A DNA stretch of 64,000 nt. It comes from Tubulanus polymorphus (Eukaryota > Animalia > Nemertea). The stretch's first letter is position 1. Each line of letters begins with the position of its first letter. The translations under genes and the position numbers were made by a program. Of the stretch, positions 1-40,364 are shown one piece after another. Location: positions 806,001-870,000 of the forward strand of contig NC_134034.1 of the NCBI RefSeq assembly GCF_964204645.1, in the 5' to 3' direction. The notes beneath the pieces were generated by a model. That model saw only the letters and a list, made by a program, of their open reading frames with translations. It was not told the DNA's origin and searched no databases.

Positions 1-232
1 ATCATGTAATTCTTATGTGCTCTGATCTATAGACTCTTCTAAAAAAAGATGGCTGCCTCCAAAATTCCGCCAATTACATCATAATATAAACGTGCTCTGA
101 TCTATAGACTGTTCTAAACAGATGTCTGCCTCCATAAATCCCCCTATGACATCATCAAATTGCCAACTAGTGACTTGATCTAATAGAGCCTTTTAGACCT
201 GTTCTAGAAGTCTCTTAACTTACCTAGATGTT

Positions 233-746
233 TCAACATTCTTTCTGGCACTGTTCCAGCGTGAGGAAGTTATTTGCATTTCCCTGGCAACCTCCGTACG
301 TGAACGACTGACAGGTCTTTGTTGATTGGTCAAAGTAAAATCTCGGCATCAGCGCCATACACGGTCCGGTATCCTTTGGTAGGAAGCAGGCAGCTTGAGG
401 GAAGAGAAATAGAATAACATCTTGTTTCAATTCAAAACTTGAGACCACTCAAAAATTGAATATACACGTTTTGCGAGACTGCTTACTTGAGTGTAACGCC
501 GCCTGGGAACACACGAAAACCGTCTACAAAAAATACGAATAAAATTCATGTAGTCAATTTGAATTTCTCTAGAAAAAAAAAACAAAGATGGCGCTGCCTC
601 CACGGTTTCTGGAAATGTCAACATTAGGCCTGAATATATGAAACAGGGTCGCATTGGGCCCAGTATAAGTTCAAGTCAATAAAATCAATAAGATATCTAC
701 TTACGCATAGCAACGCGACACAAATCAATAATTTATTCGACGCCAT
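233..746 (-). CDS. Secreted single-domain Kunitz/BPTI protease inhibitor (Kunitz-1), 79 aa, P1=Met
   Basis: Exons 705-746, 487-523 and 233-393, all GT-AG with phases 0/1. Protein: MASNKLLICVALLCTVFVCSQAALHST-ACFLPKDTGPCMALMPRFYFDQSTKTCQSFTYGGCQGNANNFLTLEQCQKEC*. Canonical C-x8-C-x15-C-x7-C-x12-C-x3-C spacing with FxYGGCxGNxNNF. Hydrophobic signal peptide. A further donor (gtaagt) lies at 223, just after the stop. Confidence 0.93.
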
Positions 747-803
747 TGTAAAGGGATTGCGATCTAACAGTCATGTATCTAACAGTCGACTGAACTCACG
801 TTG

Positions 804-810
804 TTTTATA
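804..810 (-). promoter_or_regulatory. TATA box of Kunitz-1
   Basis: TATAAAA on the - strand, ~60 nt upstream of the ATG at 746. Confidence 0.55.
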
Positions 811-1296
811 CCCGAACCGGCGGAAACGGAATCCCGGACGTTATCACCACTATCTACTATAACGACGATTTAAAATTCACCGAAATCAAATGTATTTTTA
901 TCTTTTTCATTTTTTCGAGATTAACGATTTTCATTATTCAATACGCAATCCGACAGGTCACGTGACCGTGCGAAACGTTGCACGTGACCTTCCCTAGCAG
1001 ACGGCAAACAAAATCATCAACCACCTCTACTACATACTCGACTGTGAAGCTAGAGATGGTGGCTCGGGGGCCAAGGGCCCGTTCCATAGTCAAGAACTAA
1101 GGCAAATTGGTGTTCGATTGGTCGCAGAAGTAATTTTCCAGATTGGTTATAGAATAACATTAGATAAAAAATACGTCAAAAATGTATCTGTCTTGTGAAA
1201 TGGTTTTTATGATAATGGAACAATTAATCGGATTTTTAAATCAATTCTATCATAATTTCCAGAATTCCAGTTCCCCAGTTGTTGAATTGTTGCTGC

Positions 1297-3180
1297 CTAT
1301 TCGTCCAAATCCTGAAAGAAATAAGACTTGTCAGATCTATAATATATTTTGTTATGGTGACCACGTCGTTGTGTCGTCACTCGAAACCCTAGAGTTCCAC
1401 GACAGGTCTGTCGGTAAAGATTTCGAATATTTTTAACTCATTTCGAATATTTCAGAGTTAACTCAACAAACCTTCATTGTACAAGAGCCTTGTTTCAGTA
1501 AGGCCGCGCATCTTTCGCAATCTTTCGGTTCTTTTTCTACGATGACCGATCTATAAAATAACCAAACACAGTCTCAATCATTGTGCCCTACACGCAGCAC
1601 GCACGCACGCACGCACGCACGCACACCAATATTTTCAAATTATTTGTGTTAAGTCTGTAGGCTAACCCTGAGTTTGATTGGTCGAGATACGATTGTTTCT
1701 TGTTGACCAGGGCGTCAGAGTGGTGGACCCATACTGATCAAGTTGTTGGCCTATATTGTCGAAGTTGTAGGCTCACGTCGTTTAGGCCCGCCATATTAAC
1801 AAAGTTGTTGTTGTGGACACATATTGGCGTGCGCATTGATGGCTGGAGGATGGGCGCTTACACGAGATGGGGCGCTTTATTTAATCCCACAATAAATTCA
1901 GCCAAAAATGAAAAGTTCTATATTAAAATGATTATATTTCGAGCAACATTTCGGCTAAGCCATCATCGGGCGTACTGGACCTTCATTTTTGGCTCAATCT
2001 ATTTTGGGATCTCTCTCGTAAAAGCAGTCATAATTTGATTTGTGATAATTACTTGTCAATGCAGTATGCCTCGCAAAGATCCTTGGCGATGAAATTATTG
2101 CTATTTCCATTGCACCCTTCGTATAGGAACTTTTCGCATTTCTCGGTCTCTGTGTTGTAATAATATCTATAAGGTTTAGTGAAGCCATATGGGGTGTAAA
2201 GACAGTGACCAACTTCTAAAGGCAGATAACAAACCACTGAAAATCAGACAGAAAAAAAAACAATGTCAGTTCATCGCAAAGTAGTGAAACTCGTTATGGA
2301 GGACAGCTTATGCGGTGGTACTAGATAGTGAAACGGGGTTTACAGACATTTCTACCGAGTTGAGGGAAATATAGAAATGAGGTAATTGTGGAACTGAGGA
2401 ATGAACAACAGAGTTTGGTAGACAACTGTGAGCTGGGTGGATAACACTATCGACAGTGAGCATTGGAGAGAACGGAGGACTTGGTCATTGCACAACTTAA
2501 ATGAAGGACCATATGGGTCCAGTAGGATCAAAAGAGTTACTTTTGGGGACAAAAATCGATTTGTTCCAAGATTTGCAATTACGTAAACAGCTGATAGGGA
2601 TGAAATCATGGTGCACTGTGTACATTTTCAACTTTGATGATATAGCATGGTATAAGACTCACTGGCATATGGTAGAACAATCAGTACTATGTTCTTGATA
2701 AGGATATCTCTGGGAAAGCCCTTCTTAAGAGATTTCCAAGTGATGTCTTCATGGAGGGCTTTCCCTGTGATGTCATGAAACAAGGTCAAGCATCGATTAG
2801 CAGAATAGGGAAAAATTCTGTGAAGTTTTGCACATTTTCTCCCCCAGCACTTCCAAACGGCTTAGAGCTGATGGACGAAACTTTCCAGATCAACACCTAT
2901 CTCCCTCCTAGTGACAAAATATCGGCCGTGTGTATGTCCAGTAGTTACAATTAGGATGAACACAGTTGATCCTAAAAATGCGGAAAAACAAGAAGGACAG
3001 CCACATTACTTACTTCGTTTATACTCAGTGGGTGGTTCACTGTACACGCATATGGCCTACAAATTGAAATAGCTTATAATTATCAGGACTGGATCTAGGA
3101 GCCACCCAGGATAGCCCTGCTGTCCAAATAGATACTTCACATACCCAAAGACAGATAACTGCTATTGTAAGGTACTTCAT
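1297..3180 (-). CDS. Secreted atypical Kunitz protein with loop insertion and Cys-rich C-terminal tail (Kunitz-2), ~118 aa
   Basis: Exons 3145-3180, 3014-3056, 2053-2236, 1472-1550 and 1297-1311, all GT-AG and phase-compatible. Protein: MKYLTIAVICLWAICVYSEPPTEYKR-MVCYLPLEVGHCLYTPYGFTKPYRYYYNTETEKCEKFLYEGCNGNSNNFIAKDLCEAYCIDK-SVIVEKEPKDCERCAALLKQGSCTMK-DLDE*. The last exon is less certain; read-through of exon 4 would end KVC* at 1463. Confidence 0.85.
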
Positions 3181-3425
3181 CGTGTTGAAGGTTGACTGAT
3201 ATTGAGTCTACTCGGCATCCTGCTCTCTATATATTCAATCGTCCATATAAATATCATTCATTATCATTTGTTTGATCCATGCGTAAAAAATTGTGTAACC
3301 GTTTGCCGATAGAGCACATAGTCAACCGGGTATGAATTAATTTTTATGTTTACCAAACATGTTCTATCTATATTTTGCTTCTGGTGCATCTGAAGTCGTT
3401 CTCTCCCCATCCCTGTCGCAGGGTT
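3181..3425 (-). promoter_or_regulatory. Kunitz-2 promoter block (TATA at 3227-3233, TCAGT Inr-like ~3198), homologous to 5339-5585
   Basis: Shares motifs with the Kunitz-3 upstream region (atattcaatcgtccatat; atgtttaccaaacatgt; tctgaagtcgttctctc). The TATA lies ~30 nt upstream of TCAGTC. Confidence 0.6.
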
Positions 3426-4017
3426 CCCAAGGGTTGGCAAAAATCATTATCTATAAGCAGATTATAAATTTTCGATACCACGAAGTTACGACTGGAACGA
3501 CTGATCACACGGGTGCCAAATGGGCCAGAGCCTGGTTCCACGCTGCTGAGAGGGTGTCGCCAGGCGGAGAGGCCGGTTCAACGCTGCTGAGAGGATGTCT
3601 CCAGGCGCAGAGTGTTCCAGGCTAGAAAATGTGTCTCACGTTGAGAAGGTGCCTCCAGGTTCAATCTGAAAGAGCTAGGGCAGCACCGCATGTTGAGGAT
3701 GGTTCCAGCTACGAGAGCGTGTGCCTCCGGACTGCAGAGAAGGTGCTTCCAACGAGAGGAGATCTTCAGCCCTCGCTGGTGCTGTTTAGATAATCAATTC
3801 CAGTTTTAATTCGAATTTTATTTCATACATAAAAATCAATTTCTTAGTAACTGAGAAATGAATTTCAATCAAATATTTGCTATGATACCATGAATCTTAT
3901 ATTTCATTTCTCAATCACATACAACGATATAACTTATAAATTTACAATTTCCAAATGACATAGTTTTCAGTAATCTCCCCATCTATAGGAGAGACCAGTC
4001 CCGCATAGTAATATCGA

Positions 4018-5338
4018 CTATTCTTCCTGCAAGAAATAGAATTTTATGGTGGCATTTCATTAATTTCATAAGGATTTTTGAAGCGATAAGATGACGATCC
4101 TCCGAGGCCAGATCCGTAGTCGAGACTTGAAACTAAAATCCTAAGACTGGTCACATGTTAGTCATTAGATTGTCTACAGAACTAAGATGGTCTCGGTCTA
4201 TACCCCTTGACTATGGGACCAGCCGCTGGTTTCGATGTCGAGTTTCTATATTTCAAACTATAATGATTTGATATTTCAAACTGCTAAACAAACCTTTACA
4301 ATACAAGAGCCTTGTTTTAATAACGCGGCGCATCTTTCGCAATCTTTCGGTTCTTCTCTGATCGTTGTTCTGAAAGAAAAAAAACAAACAGAATTTCTCA
4401 ATGTGCCAAATGCACCAATAGTGTCAAGGCTTAAGTCATGATCAAGCTAAACTATAATCAACAGACCCGGCAGTTATAGAAATGAACTGATTACAAATGT
4501 TATTGCGGTTTACAAAAGTGACCCGGCCGATTAGGAGAAACAAGGTTTCATTTTTAGCCCAATCATTGGTTTCTGAGATGAGGGCTCAGAGTTGTGATGG
4601 GTTCATAATACAGTTTTACCCATTTTAAACCAGTAATGCTCGGACAATGGTTGATATTTACTTGTAAATGCAGCGGGCCTCGCAAAGTTCCTTGGCTAGG
4701 AAGTTATTTTCATTTCCCTTACATCCACTGTAAAAGAATTTTTCGCAGTTCTTGGTCTCGTGGTTGAAGAAATATCTCGGAATTCCGATTTGATGCGCAT
4801 CATATATACAAACGCCTTTTATTGCAGGTAGGTAACACTCCACTATAGATTATAAATAGAAAAACACTTTCATTTCATATCAGGCCTACTTAAACACGAC
4901 CGGAATTCGGTGGAGGATATCTGTAGATTTTGGTGGACAATTGTGGAACAGATTTGAAAACTCGGAATTTGTGAATGGACAAGCGCGGGACTGGTTGGAC
5001 TTGGTGTATAGCTGGCCGCAACGTTACAGAACTTAGTGGACAAATGTAGGTTTTCACCCAGTCCTGGAAGTGGTTGCATCAACAGTGGACTTAATAGGCA
5101 ACAACTGTGTTTGCATGGCCACTTGCGGGTCGGGTGCACAGCTTCAAAAGATGCTGAAATACTGGCAGATATCACTTACTTGGTCTAAGCCCAATGCATT
5201 GACTGTAGGCGAAAATAGTCTGAAAATTTGAAAGAGACATTAGAATTAGTGCTGAATCTAGGACTGCTCCATGGTTACCGAATGTACGTAAGATGCACAT
5301 ACCCATAAACAGATAACTCCTATTGAAAGGTTGTTCAT
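4018..5338 (-). CDS. Secreted atypical Kunitz protein with loop insertion and Cys-rich tail (Kunitz-3), ~113 aa; paralog of Kunitz-2
   Basis: Exons 5303-5338, 5180-5219, 4662-4842, 4294-4369 and 4018-4026. Protein: MNNLSIGVICLWTIFAYSQCIGLRP-MECYLPAIKGVCIYDAHQIGIPRYFFNHETKNCEKFFYSGCKGNENNFLAKELCEARCIYK-TTIREEPKDCERCAALLKQGSCIVK-EE*. Exon phases match Kunitz-2. Read-through of exon 4 would end KVCLAV* at 4276. Confidence 0.85.
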
Positions 5339-5585
5339 CGTGTTGAATATTGAACTGATATTCAGTGGAGGGATCATCAGTTCAGTCACGTGCTCTATTT
5401 ATATTCAATCGTCCATATCAATATCATTTGTCTGATACGTCAAAATTGTTAAATAGTTTCAAGATAGTGAGTCGACACATTCTAAACCAGCGATGAATCA
5501 ATTTTATCATGTTTACCAAACATGTCCTATCTCTCAAATTGTTTCTAGTGGATCTGAAGTCGTTCTCTCTCCATTCCTGTCGAGA
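5339..5585 (-). promoter_or_regulatory. Kunitz-3 promoter block (TATAAAT at 5397-5403)
   Basis: Duplicate of 3181-3425, lying directly upstream of the ATG at 5338. Confidence 0.6.
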
Positions 5586-8500
5586 CCGTGATTAAAGGGT
5601 GGGAGAGGGTGGCTCCAGCAAACGTGCTGACCGGAGAGAGCGGTACGATTTTGGAAGATGGGGATCCGCCAGACTGAGAGAGGGGGGGGGGGGGGGGTAC
5701 AGGATATCCTCCGACAAAAATGTAACCAAAAAAAATCATAAGTTTTTTTCAATTTTTGATAAAACTTTTATTTTAATGATTTTTTGTACATAAAATGCAA
5801 TTTCATACATTTGCTGTTCGTATAAGGAGCTTCTAAACACATGAGTTTCATACACGAACCGTTTCAGCAGAGAGATTATAAACACCGGCACACACCCTGT
5901 ACTTACTGGATCCAGTAAAACAAGTTTACAGTATAAGTCCTTTATAACGCCGCGGTTGGAACCGATGAAAAACATGGCGTTAAAGCGAATTTCGCCAACG
6001 TTATAAAGAATTGTGTTTATGGAATTTGCCTCATAGATTTGGAGAATTCGTTCTCTATGGAAAATGTTGGCGTTATTGTGAGCGATGGCTTTAAAATTAA
6101 TGATGGTAGCGTTATAACGGACTTTCACTGTAGTCTTATCTCCCAGCCCCAATCGGGGCCTGGCGAGAATTCGAGAATTTCTCTGCTTAAATTCGGTTAT
6201 GTTTAAATCCCATTTTACTAAGCAGTAGCGTGTCTACAAGGTTATAGTTAAGATCTCAGAGGGTCCACTGGACAGTCGTGACCAAAATCCATAAGTGACC
6301 ATCTGTCATTAGGTTGGTTATTATGAAACCAAGATGGTACCCACATCTTAACTTCGACTGCGCAACGGACCCGTTGTCTTGCCATTCCCAACTATGTTTT
6401 TCGTTAAGTCAGGAAGCAGGCAGACATGCAGGCTCGTTTTTCTGGGTTCGAACCCCGATTTAATCTATCGTGAATAAAGCAACAGTTGATTGGAAAAATA
6501 TTGAGCAATTTTAACGTTCAGAAACAGCACGACAGAGGGCGGCACCAGACTGTGTATCGTCTATAGGTAAAACCCTCATTAACATATGCAAACGAGATTG
6601 TCCATCCAGCACCAACCAATCAGAGCACAGAAAAACCAGGAGAGTCGTATGTCGCACATGGTAAATCGTATAAGACTTGAAACTTGCGACAATATGTACA
6701 ACAACTTACAACATTCTCGGATAAATATGACAGTTGAAAAATCAAACAAATATTCTCTAGAATAACCTTCTGAAAATCTACGACTCAAATATTGTTGTTT
6801 TATATTGTAAACGTCATTCAAAATCTTTTGACATTTCCGATCAACATTTCAACCATTTTTTGTCTTATTCGTAAAAATAGACAACAGACTATTCTCGCCC
6901 CATAACAACGAACGGACTGTATTGTTGCTAATTATTTGAATTTACTGTTGAACGATTGGATGAATTTTAATCAGCATTTAATCAATCCAATCAACGTCAC
7001 TCAATAAATTCATTCTTGATTTCAATCGTAATTTGTTAAAATGAAATACCAGGGGTCCGGTTCCACACAGCTGTGAGTAAGAGTCGAGTTTGAAATTAGT
7101 TCATTTTCAATGTTTTAACTCTGAGACTTAAACCACAGTCAGAACACTGTGGAACAAGATTCCTGGCCGCAAATTACGTTCTATATTGGAAGCTCTTAGA
7201 TTTTAGCAAATGTATAAGGACTGTACATAAACAGCCTACCCTAAACGCCCCCTAGCGAAACGTAAGAGAACCGATCGAGCCTATAATAAATGAATTGCAC
7301 GAAAGCAAATTGCTTTTTTTGCAGTTTGCGCTAAACTGAAACGTCAAACCTGACCTAACTAGGTCAAACAAAAACAAATTCAATTCAGAATATATTGAAA
7401 CTGGACACCAGAAAAAAATACGTTTTCAAATTATTTTCACAATTTTACATCAGTCGATTTGAGTAAGTCAATACAATAATTTATCTATTATATTATAATT
7501 AATACTAATAATAATAATAATTATCGATCATGCAAAAACTAATTGAATTATTCATTTACTGTACAGTAATTAACTATTTTTGATACAAGATTATTTAGAA
7601 ACTAACATTTTTTATACAAAGGATCCCGTTTCACAGTTGTGAGTTAGAGTTAACTCTGAACTCAAGATCCAGTTCCACAGTTGTGTGAGTTAGAGTTAAC
7701 TTAGGATCCAGTTAACTCTGAGTTCAAATTAGTTCATTTTCAATTAGTTAACTCAGAGTCTAACGTTAACTCGCAGGAGTCTGGCGAAGAGATTTACAAA
7801 GTACAAACATGAGCACAAACTGGGGGCCAGTTCCACAAACCTAATTCAAAATGAACAACATCTGAAATGAAAAGATCGCGATAAGTAACTGAACATAACT
7901 TTGTGGAACTGGTCCCTGGGTCCCGAAACATACAACAGTTTGAACGATTTTTAGAAAGGTCACTTCTATGAACTCTATAGACCGTTCCACGTGAACGTGT
8001 GTGAACCACGTCTGCGTTCTAATCGGTTATTGATTTAATAATAACAGACGAATTATCTATTTACAGACGAAAAATCGCGTTCAGAAAAAACGAAAAGAAT
8101 TTCAGTAGCATTTCGAATATTTAAGCAGATGACCGAGAACTATCACTAACAAACAACATGGCCGCTGTTATCAGTCCACCAATGACATCACTAATTACAT
8201 GTCATATGGCTGTTATCAGTCCACCAATGACATCACTAATTACATGTCACATGGCTGCCACAGTCCACCAATGACATCACTAATTACATGTCACATGGCT
8301 GCCACAGTCCACCAATGGCATCACTAATTATGTGTTTTTCTAACTAAATCAATCGTCAATGAATTATCTTCGATGATGTCATAGGGTGATATTACGAAAG
8401 TGGCCATTTTTCTCATATATTCACAAACGTAGGTCAAGGAAAATAGTCTATGCTTCAACAATGAACATAAATCCCGATTTTAGGAACACGGCGTAACAAT

Positions 8501-8705
8501 GTGAAGCTCGTCCAAGCACCTGTATTGTTTTTGTTGCTAGGCAACTTTATATAGTCACGACCGAAGCCCCCGAGCACCATCTGAAATAACGCGTTGCCAG
8601 GCAACTAGCACGTTTTATATGCCCGTCGAATAAATATCAATCTATGAATATATATATATATATATATATACGTTTGAAATTGGTTTCCATTGACAACTGA
8701 TCAGT

Positions 8706-38522
<29,817 letters not shown>

Positions 38523-39399
38523 AATACACTCCTCTACTGATCACGTGACCTACACGATGGCGCGTTACGACGACAAACATTCATCTGAATCCCAGGACAC
38601 GACGTCTTTAAATCCAAACAATGAGGCATCGAACACACGGAAAATTCTATCCAGAGTTCCTTAACAAATTGAGGATATCCACGGAACGAAATAAAGAGAA
38701 ATTCTTTGTAATCCTTTCTTTGGTAGTTAAGCTAATCCTACCTACTACGTTTCTCGAAATGAATGAATTTACACAAATTGACCCCCCGAGTTTCAGTAGG
38801 GGTAGCCGCCCTTTCCGTCAGTCAGTGGATAGACTGAGTCTGAGAAAAACAATACAAAAACTTTCAAAAAGAAACTTTTTTTTCGAATAACACTTTAACG
38901 CATTAACAACGGTAACTTATCATTGTAATCTAGAAGTGTTTATCCTGGTGTCATATTGCCTGCTTTCACCTGTTTAAAGTCCACCGTGAATTCATCATTA
39001 TTTCCCATTATTCCACATATTATTTTTAGCAGAAATCGCTCGAAATGAACCAAACCCGGAAATGATCGGTTTACACTAATCGGCGTATTGTACGAGTGAA
39101 CTAGCGGGTGTCGGATTCGGACGCGGAAACGGGTCATACTAAAAGGCTTCGATTCCGGCCTCAGACGCGGATCAGATATGTCGCAATTTTCCCGTGCCCT
39201 GAAAAAAATACAATGGCAATTTTTTTCAGGACATTTTTTTCCACCCGCATCAGATAGGCAGTCCGCATACGAGATTAGAATTATATTTGCTTTATCTAAT
39301 ATTTGAAATTACCAGCAGGGAAAGTTCTTACAGTACACTTTCTAGGAGAAACCTATCGAAACGTCGAAATAAGTTTACACCCGACTGCTTACCATTAGA

Positions 39400-39472
39400 T
39401 CTATGGTCTAATGGTTTGAATGCTCGGCCTGGCGTGCTTGAGGTCGCAGGTTCATGTCCTACCAGCGTTGGG
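39400..39472 (+). mobile_element. Decayed tRNA-derived SINE head
   Basis: A-box-like TGGTCTAATGG and B-box-like GGTTCATGTCC about 45 nt apart; no full cloverleaf. Confidence 0.4.
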
Positions 39473-39944
39473 GTTTCTTTAAGCAGAAATTTTGCCTGGA
39501 GACGCCCGATATGGCATCATGACACATAACAAGCAATTTCATTTTCCGTGAAATTGTTGTTATCTTGGTAAGAAGTAATAAGTTAACCGAAACAACATCT
39601 TGTGCAATGAATTTCCTCACTTATAGAAAGAGCCTCCTCCACAGACAAACTTAAATATTTAATACAAAATCTTTATTGCGACAAGAAATGTTACATTTTT
39701 ACACAAGTTTACAAGTTTATATTACACTTTTAAATTGAATTCTAAACCGTTATACAAGTTTTCAATATGATGTTTTAATTTCTTATAACTTTAAATTTGT
39801 CATAAATAATCAAAGCCCGCATGATGCAAATCCTTAAGATACAGGGAGATCTGAATCGTGATATATATCTCTAGATAAAATGGACTGTGCATTTGCCATG
39901 GAGTAGACTACCTCTAATTATCAAATGCTTCGATAAGAATGGGC

Positions 39945-40340
39945 AGTCTACTGTAGACCGAGTCAAGAGTGGACAGTCTACAGTAGACTAGAGACACAGC
40001 CCACAGTCTACTGTAGATCAGAGTCAAGAGTGAACAGTCTACAGTAGACCAGAGACACAGCCCACAGTCTACAGTAGACCAGAGACACAGCCCACAGTCT
40101 ACTGTAGATCAGAGACACAGCCCACAGTCTACAGTAGACCAGAGACACAGCCCACAGTCTACTGTAGATCAGAGACACAGCCCACAGTCTACAGTAGACC
40201 AGAGACACAGCCCACAGTCTACTGTAGATCAGATAGGATTGGACAGTCTACAGTAGACCAGAGACAACCCCACAGTCTACTGTAGACCAGAGGAAAGCTC
40301 AGTTCTACTGTAGATCAGAGACAAGCCCACAGTCCACTGT
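39945..40340. repeat. 30-bp minisatellite in the CNOT9 3' UTR
   Basis: agtctacagtagaccagagacacagcccac units. Confidence 0.92.
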
Positions 40341-40364
40341 ACCGTACAAACTTATTTCTGTTAT

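Noticed and set aside
575-630. GLMLTFPETVEA as Kunitz-1 exon 2
   Set aside because: Needs phase 1, but exon 1 ends in phase 0 and there is no donor; 487-523 fits the phase and the paralog structure.
1250-4026. Shared WKL* ending in alternative frames of the last exons of Kunitz-2 and -3
   Set aside because: The two frames need different phases (1 vs 2), and neither matches the phase-0 donor; treated as 3' UTR similarity.
4870-5175. 101-aa ORF in Kunitz-3 intron 2
   Set aside because: Non-ATG start, no counterpart in the paralogous intron and no recognisable domain.
39400-39472. tRNA gene
   Set aside because: Only degenerate A/B boxes are present; acceptor and anticodon stems do not pair convincingly, so it is listed as a SINE relic.
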